Positions 59,167 through 64,000 of a stretch of DNA of 64,000 nucleotides are shown one piece after another. Source of the stretch: Nemertoderma westbladi (lineage: Eukaryota > Animalia > Xenacoelomorpha). A program made the translations under genes and the position numbers. The stretch is taken from positions 1 to 64,000 of the forward strand of contig JAUCBJ010007832.1 in NCBI GenBank assembly GCA_032718475.1, read 5' to 3'. Within the stretch, counting starts at the first letter, position 1. The number at the start of each line of letters is the position of its first letter. The notes under the pieces are model-generated. The model was not told where the DNA came from and made no database searches. It was given only the letters and a program-made list of their open reading frames with translations.

Positions 59167-60964
59167 GTTCAGAGTGTAGGTAGACTGACCGAATGCATCG
59201 TACAGTACAGGTAGCGGTACCACAGCTTCCTTTAAGATCTCAATCACATCACTGCCTTACAACTACAGAACCTACCTGACCGGTAGGCCTACAGAACAGA
59301 GCATATTGGGGAATAATTTATTGTACTGTACCCAGTACCGGTACTAGCAAACTAAACGGGAAATGCAGCACTGGTAGGCCTACACTACAAGTTCAGATTG
59401 CACACTCAACTCAGCCTACTCAGAGATCTTTTACTTTCGGTATTTGACAATTATGGACAGCAGCATCTTGATCATGGCAGAGGAATGCCATTCTCAACAG
59501 TTTCTACGATTCTACCCTAAAGACGGACGTACCAGACAGACAGACTTGTACCTACCAGTTGTAAATAACGTAGGTTTACATACTGCACATGCACAATGCT
59601 GTAGAACTACGGTACCGGTACAACGATAATAAAATTTAAGAAATTCCACCAAAAATATAATTATTTACTTTTTCGCCAGGAAAAAAAGTTAAATGTTTTC
59701 TCCAGCTTTTGGTCTAAATTCGGGCGAAAAAGTAACAATTTAAGAATAAATAATTATTTATTACATGGGGAAAAAAATTAGAACTTTTTTTCATTATTCT
59801 CGAGGCATTTTATTTACCGAGCTTCAGCGAGGTTAATAAAGGGTTGATAGAATATTGAGAAACGAAAAATGTTCTACTTTTTTCTCATATACTGTAATAC
59901 GTAAGTTTATTCTTAAGTTAAATTGGTACATCGTATACAGTATGGTAAGCCTACAGTACATTGGATAACGTACAGCGATATAGAGTTACAAAATAAATTG
60001 AACTATACTACAGTATTTAATATATTGCGTCCATAGTTACTGTGATTCAAATTCTTGTACTCTGGGTTTAACTCATGATTCTGATTACTCAAAGTTAAAT
60101 AATTCAATGTTCTCGAATATTTATTACATAACTAGAGAGCCGATTAACAACATAAACCAATATTGGATATTGAGTTCCGTTTTGGAGTACGCCTTGTAAA
60201 TACTAAAGTTACAATAACTTTTGAGTGCATGCATAGATTTAGCACAAATTACTTGCAAACCTTTTCTACGTCGATGCTCTTGCAACACAATTAGTGAAAT
60301 TTAAAAAATGTCACCAAAAATATTTTATTTTCCTATTTTCGCCGGGAAAAAAGTAAAATTAATGCAATCGTATGGTTACTATTTTCCTATGGAAAAAGTA
60401 CCTCCTTTTCCCGATTTTTGGGTATACAGTATTCGATCGAAAGAGTACGTGTACGCTAACAATTTAAGAGTAATATTACATACAGTAAGTTGTGAAATCG
60501 GTATTACTGTTGGCATTAATATGTAAAATTTTTCAGCAATCTAACGTGTAATGTATACCTACTGTACTTTATGTTACCCTGTTAGGTTACCCCTCCTTAT
60601 AAGAAAATACAATATGTCAGTATGTGTGTGATTATTTTTTGTGAATGATTTTTACCCTTTCGCGAGTCGCACATGCACTGGTTTCGGAAACTTGGGTTTC
60701 ATTGAATTTTGAAGTACAAAAAATCAAGTGCTGGCGGAATTTATTGCATCGAAGCGAAGTGTTTGGGTTAGGCCTACTTTACATACATTTTCTGCCATTT
60801 TTTATACAAAGGTAAATGCTGAGTGATAAAATAAAAATATGAAGGCCCGCTCATGTTATTTATTTATTTTATGCCTTGCCCGCTCGTGTTATTTATTAAT
60901 TTGTAATTAGTGTCTCCCCCCCAAAATTTCCAAGCCCCATTTTTATATTTCTACCCCCAAACAA

Positions 60965-61054
60965 TATTACCCTGATATTTTGTTATTTTTCCGGTTATTT
61001 TAACCCTCGGAACAGGAAAAATAACCGGAAAAATAACAAAATATCAGGGTAATA
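60965..61054. repeat. Perfect 37-bp inverted repeat with ~16-nt loop
   Basis: tattaccctgatattttgttatttttccggttatttt ... aaaataaccggaaaaataacaaaatatcagggtaata. Confidence 0.9.
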
Positions 61055-61079
61055 AATATAGACATTGGCAGACTGGTTA

Positions 61080-61350
61080 CACTCCTTCAAATGGAAATTC
61101 CATTGGCTGATTGGCGCGGCGCTCTTCAAAAATAAATTGTTTCAATGCAGCAATGTGCGGCGCACTTAAAAATTTCGTCGCCGCGGGGTTTGCTTCTAAA
61201 TTGCATTGACGAGCGGCGCGCATAAAAATTGGGCGGCGCGCTATCCGGCGCACTTTTTGGATGGATTCCATACAGGGCGTGGGTGGACCCAGTTTCGGCT
61301 TATGTCGATTCACCTTGCGGTTGAAACCGCCAGGTTGTCCCGTATCCACT
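61080..61350 (+). promoter_or_regulatory. Putative CpG-rich PRMT5 promoter
   Basis: CpG-rich patch with two inverted CCAAT boxes (cattggctgattgg), an E2F-like ttggcgcg and CHR-like ttcaaa, upstream of a possible 5' UTR intron (gtaagt ~61399 to ttacag ~61872). Confidence 0.45.
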
Positions 61351-61876
61351 GTAAACTGCCAAAAGTGATTTTTTTTTTTTTTTTTGTTATATTCCCCAGT
61401 AAGTAAGTTGGCAAAATATTATGTATATTAATTTACTTTCAGTTTCCAGTTTTTATTGTTGTTGCTTTCAACGTTTCAAGCTAGGTATATTTTCCCGTAT
61501 TGTATATTCGTTTATGTTTATCGTCCTGATGATGTTCGAGTTATAGTTTTGATATAGTTTATTTATTCCTGTTTTTGTATGTTTCGTGCTTTATTGGTAT
61601 ATTTGTGTTTGGTATTATCTTTCTTTTGGACTCCGGTCAATAAAATATATATCTATCTAGACCACTGGCAGACTGGCAATGCTCCTTGGTAGGCCTGTCG
61701 CTACCGGTACGCCAGGTTTCTGAACTGAATCAGTGAATATTACATTAAACAGTTCAGCAGTTACAGGCCAGGTCTAAAATAATAAATTAAAATATAATTA
61801 TTTTCTTACCAGTATTCCGTACCAATCTGCCAGTACCAGAGTACTGCAGTACCGGTACATCCTGAATTACAGAATT

Positions 61877-63763
61877 ATGGCGTTATCTCAGAACACATCA
61901 TCTCAATCAAGATTCTCTTGTGGTCGCGATTTTTCCGCAGTACCGAATCTACCGGTGACACTGGAGGAATGTTCAACAGACGGGTTCGATTTCGCAGTGG
62001 CTCCAATCTTCCATCCCCGACACAAACGGGAGTTCCTTTCAGGACCAGCCCGCTACCGTCCGGGACCCTCTACCCGACCGGACCTCACTCTCAGCTCCAC
62101 CGACTGGTCTTCCCTCATTGTGGGTCGCATTTCGCACTGGATCGACACGGATTCCCGAACGGACCACGTCCGCGCAAACTCAATCCTCGCGCTCAAACAA
62201 GAACTCCTCTACTGCATGCATCTCTCCCTCCCAGCCATCCTCATCCCCATCAAAGGGTTTAGTTGCGCTAACCTCGCGCGCACCCTGTTGGAGCATCTCA
62301 TGGGCGCTGCCCACTACCACGTCTGGATGGAAGTACCCATGCTATCCCGGGAGGCCTCGGTCTCGGGGGAGACCCCGCTCCCAAGACGAATGGACTCCTG
62401 GCACTGGTGGAACCAATTCCGGAAAATGTGCCACTACAACAAGAGGTTGGGACTGGCCCTGGTCCTCTCCTCCGATTTGCCTTCGCCGGATGCCGTTAGT
62501 AGATGGGTCGGCGAAGTTATTAAAGTCATCATCATTCCCACCTCCATCTTCCTCACCAACAGTAAAGGCTACCCCGTGCTCCCCAAGGCCCACCAAGTAA
62601 TCCTTCAACGGATGTTTAAACTCGATATCCAGGTGGTTATCCGCGGTAGTTGTCGCCACTGTCTCCCAGGTAAGGGAATGCGCGCCTACTGGCAGTATCT
62701 CGAGTATCTATGGCAACACCGACCACTCCTCAACACCGTGGAGACTTTCGCGCGCGGATACGAGGACTACCTGCAGTGTCCGCTGCAACCCTTGATGGAC
62801 AACCTCGAGTCGCAGACGTACGAGGTGTTCGAGAAGGACCCCGTTAAATACACGGAGTACCAAACCGCGGTTAAACTCGCGCTGTTAGCGCGCGTCCCGG
62901 ACGACAAGGTAGAGACCCCGCAGGTCGCTATGGTGCTGGGCGCTGGGAGGGGTCCTTTAGTCCGGGCCGTACTCGAGGCGGCTAAAGAGTGTTCTAGAAC
63001 GGTGAAAGTGTACGCGGTCGAGAAGAACCCCAACGCCGTGGTCACGTTGTTGGCCCTCAAGGAGGAGTTGTGGGGCGATTCGGTTACGGTGGTGGCCAGC
63101 GATATGCGAGACTTCGAGCCGACGGAGAAGGCGGACATCCTGGTGTCCGAACTTCTGGGTTCATTCGGGGACAACGAGTTGTCTCCCGAGTGTCTGGACG
63201 GAGCCAACCGCTATCTGCGACCCGACGGCATCTCGATTCCCACTTCCTACACCTCCTACATCGCTCCCATCTCCTCCCACAAGATCTACACCGAACTCAA
63301 ATCGACGGCTAAAGACCCCTGCAAACCGTTCGAGGCTCCTTTCGAGACGCCCTACGTAGTCCGTCTCCACAACCACTACACGCTGGCGCCGCCCCAACCG
63401 CTGTTCACCTTCCGTCACCCGAACCGCGACTCCCCTCACGATAACTCCCGTTACTCCCAGTTAACCTTCGCTATCCGCTCCCCCGGTACCGTCCACGGGT
63501 TCGCGGGTTACTTCGACTCCGCTCTCTACAACGACGTCTCCATCAGCATCCACCCGGACACCCACTCCTCCGGGATGTTCTCCTGGTTCCCCATCATCTT
63601 CCCGCTGAAGGAGGCCGTGTTTGTGGAGGCCGGCGACCGGGTCACCATCCACTTCTGGCGGTGCGTCACCGCCAAGAAGGTCTGGTATGAGTGGTGCATC
63701 AGCGAGCCCCAACCCTCCGACATCCATAATCCCACGGGTAGATCATTCTGGATCGGTCTGTAG
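61877..63763 (+). CDS. PRMT5: Protein arginine N-methyltransferase 5, complete single-exon CDS, 628 aa
   Basis: N-terminal TIM barrel; YEDYLQCPLQPLMDNLESQTYEVFEKDPVKY; motif I VLGAGRGPLV; YAVEKNPNA; double-E loop VSELLGSFGDNELSPECLDG; GMFSWFP; C-terminal IHNPTGRSFWIGL. Confidence 0.98.
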   Translation: MALSQNTSSQSRFSCGRDFSAVPNLPVTLEECSTDGFDFAVAPIFHPRHKREFLSGPARYRPGPSTRPDLTLSSTDWSSLIVGRISHWIDTDSRTDHVRANSILALKQELLYCMHLSLPAILIPIKGFSCANLARTLLEHLMGAAHYHVWMEVPMLSREASVSGETPLPRRMDSWHWWNQFRKMCHYNKRLGLALVLSSDLPSPDAVSRWVGEVIKVIIIPTSIFLTNSKGYPVLPKAHQVILQRMFKLDIQVVIRGSCRHCLPGKGMRAYWQYLEYLWQHRPLLNTVETFARGYEDYLQCPLQPLMDNLESQTYEVFEKDPVKYTEYQTAVKLALLARVPDDKVETPQVAMVLGAGRGPLVRAVLEAAKECSRTVKVYAVEKNPNAVVTLLALKEELWGDSVTVVASDMRDFEPTEKADILVSELLGSFGDNELSPECLDGANRYLRPDGISIPTSYTSYIAPISSHKIYTELKSTAKDPCKPFEAPFETPYVVRLHNHYTLAPPQPLFTFRHPNRDSPHDNSRYSQLTFAIRSPGTVHGFAGYFDSALYNDVSISIHPDTHSSGMFSWFPIIFPLKEAVFVEAGDRVTIHFWRCVTAKKVWYEWCISEPQPSDIHNPTGRSFWIGL

Positions 63764-64000
63764 TTCTAACTAGTATTAGTGATATGGTGTAACTGTAGTC
63801 TATGGTCTCATTAACATTACAGGATTGTTTGCAATCAATAAAGTTAGCAGTTTATGGAGACATCAGTAGCGCAGTAAGTAGTTGATTGTGCATCCGCCAT
63901 GACGATGCCAGAATAACTACATTGAATTCATTAAGTTTTTCTTTGCTTTTAACCTTAAAAATACCTCAATTATAATCTACAGATCGTTTCAACAAACTAC

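Noticed and set aside
61918-63735. Overlapping and antisense ORFs within PRMT5
   Set aside because: Expected shadow ORFs of a GC-rich coding sequence, with no recognisable motifs.

Overview
AT-rich animal (invertebrate-type) genomic DNA. There are two host genes. One is an 8-exon histidine decarboxylase on the minus strand (1663-26936, 540 aa, all splice phases close). The other is a complete, intronless, GC-rich PRMT5 (61877-63763, +). The rest is mostly mobile DNA: RTE-type LINEs of two families, tRNA-derived SINEs, MITEs, a Harbinger-type Myb/SANT remnant, minisatellites, and two young ~12 kb BEL/Pao-derived LTR elements (9866-22229 and 43955-56058, each with a 5-bp TSD). The LTR elements are the most unusual objects. 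Both keep Gag plus protease but share deletion of RT, most of RNase H and integrase. Both lack a tRNA primer-binding site and instead have an 11-nt post-LTR sequence complementary to an 11-mer inside their own LTR, with a compensatory change between the two elements (Tf1-like self-priming candidate). Both have a leader hairpin whose loop is a palindromic hexamer that co-varies (CTGCAG vs CGGCCG), resembling a kissing-loop dimerisation site. Both carry a second ORF with shared ends and unrelated middles. Separately, a 45-bp minisatellite has amplified the HDC exon 6 splice donor about 25 times. All alignments were done by eye and no database searches were run.
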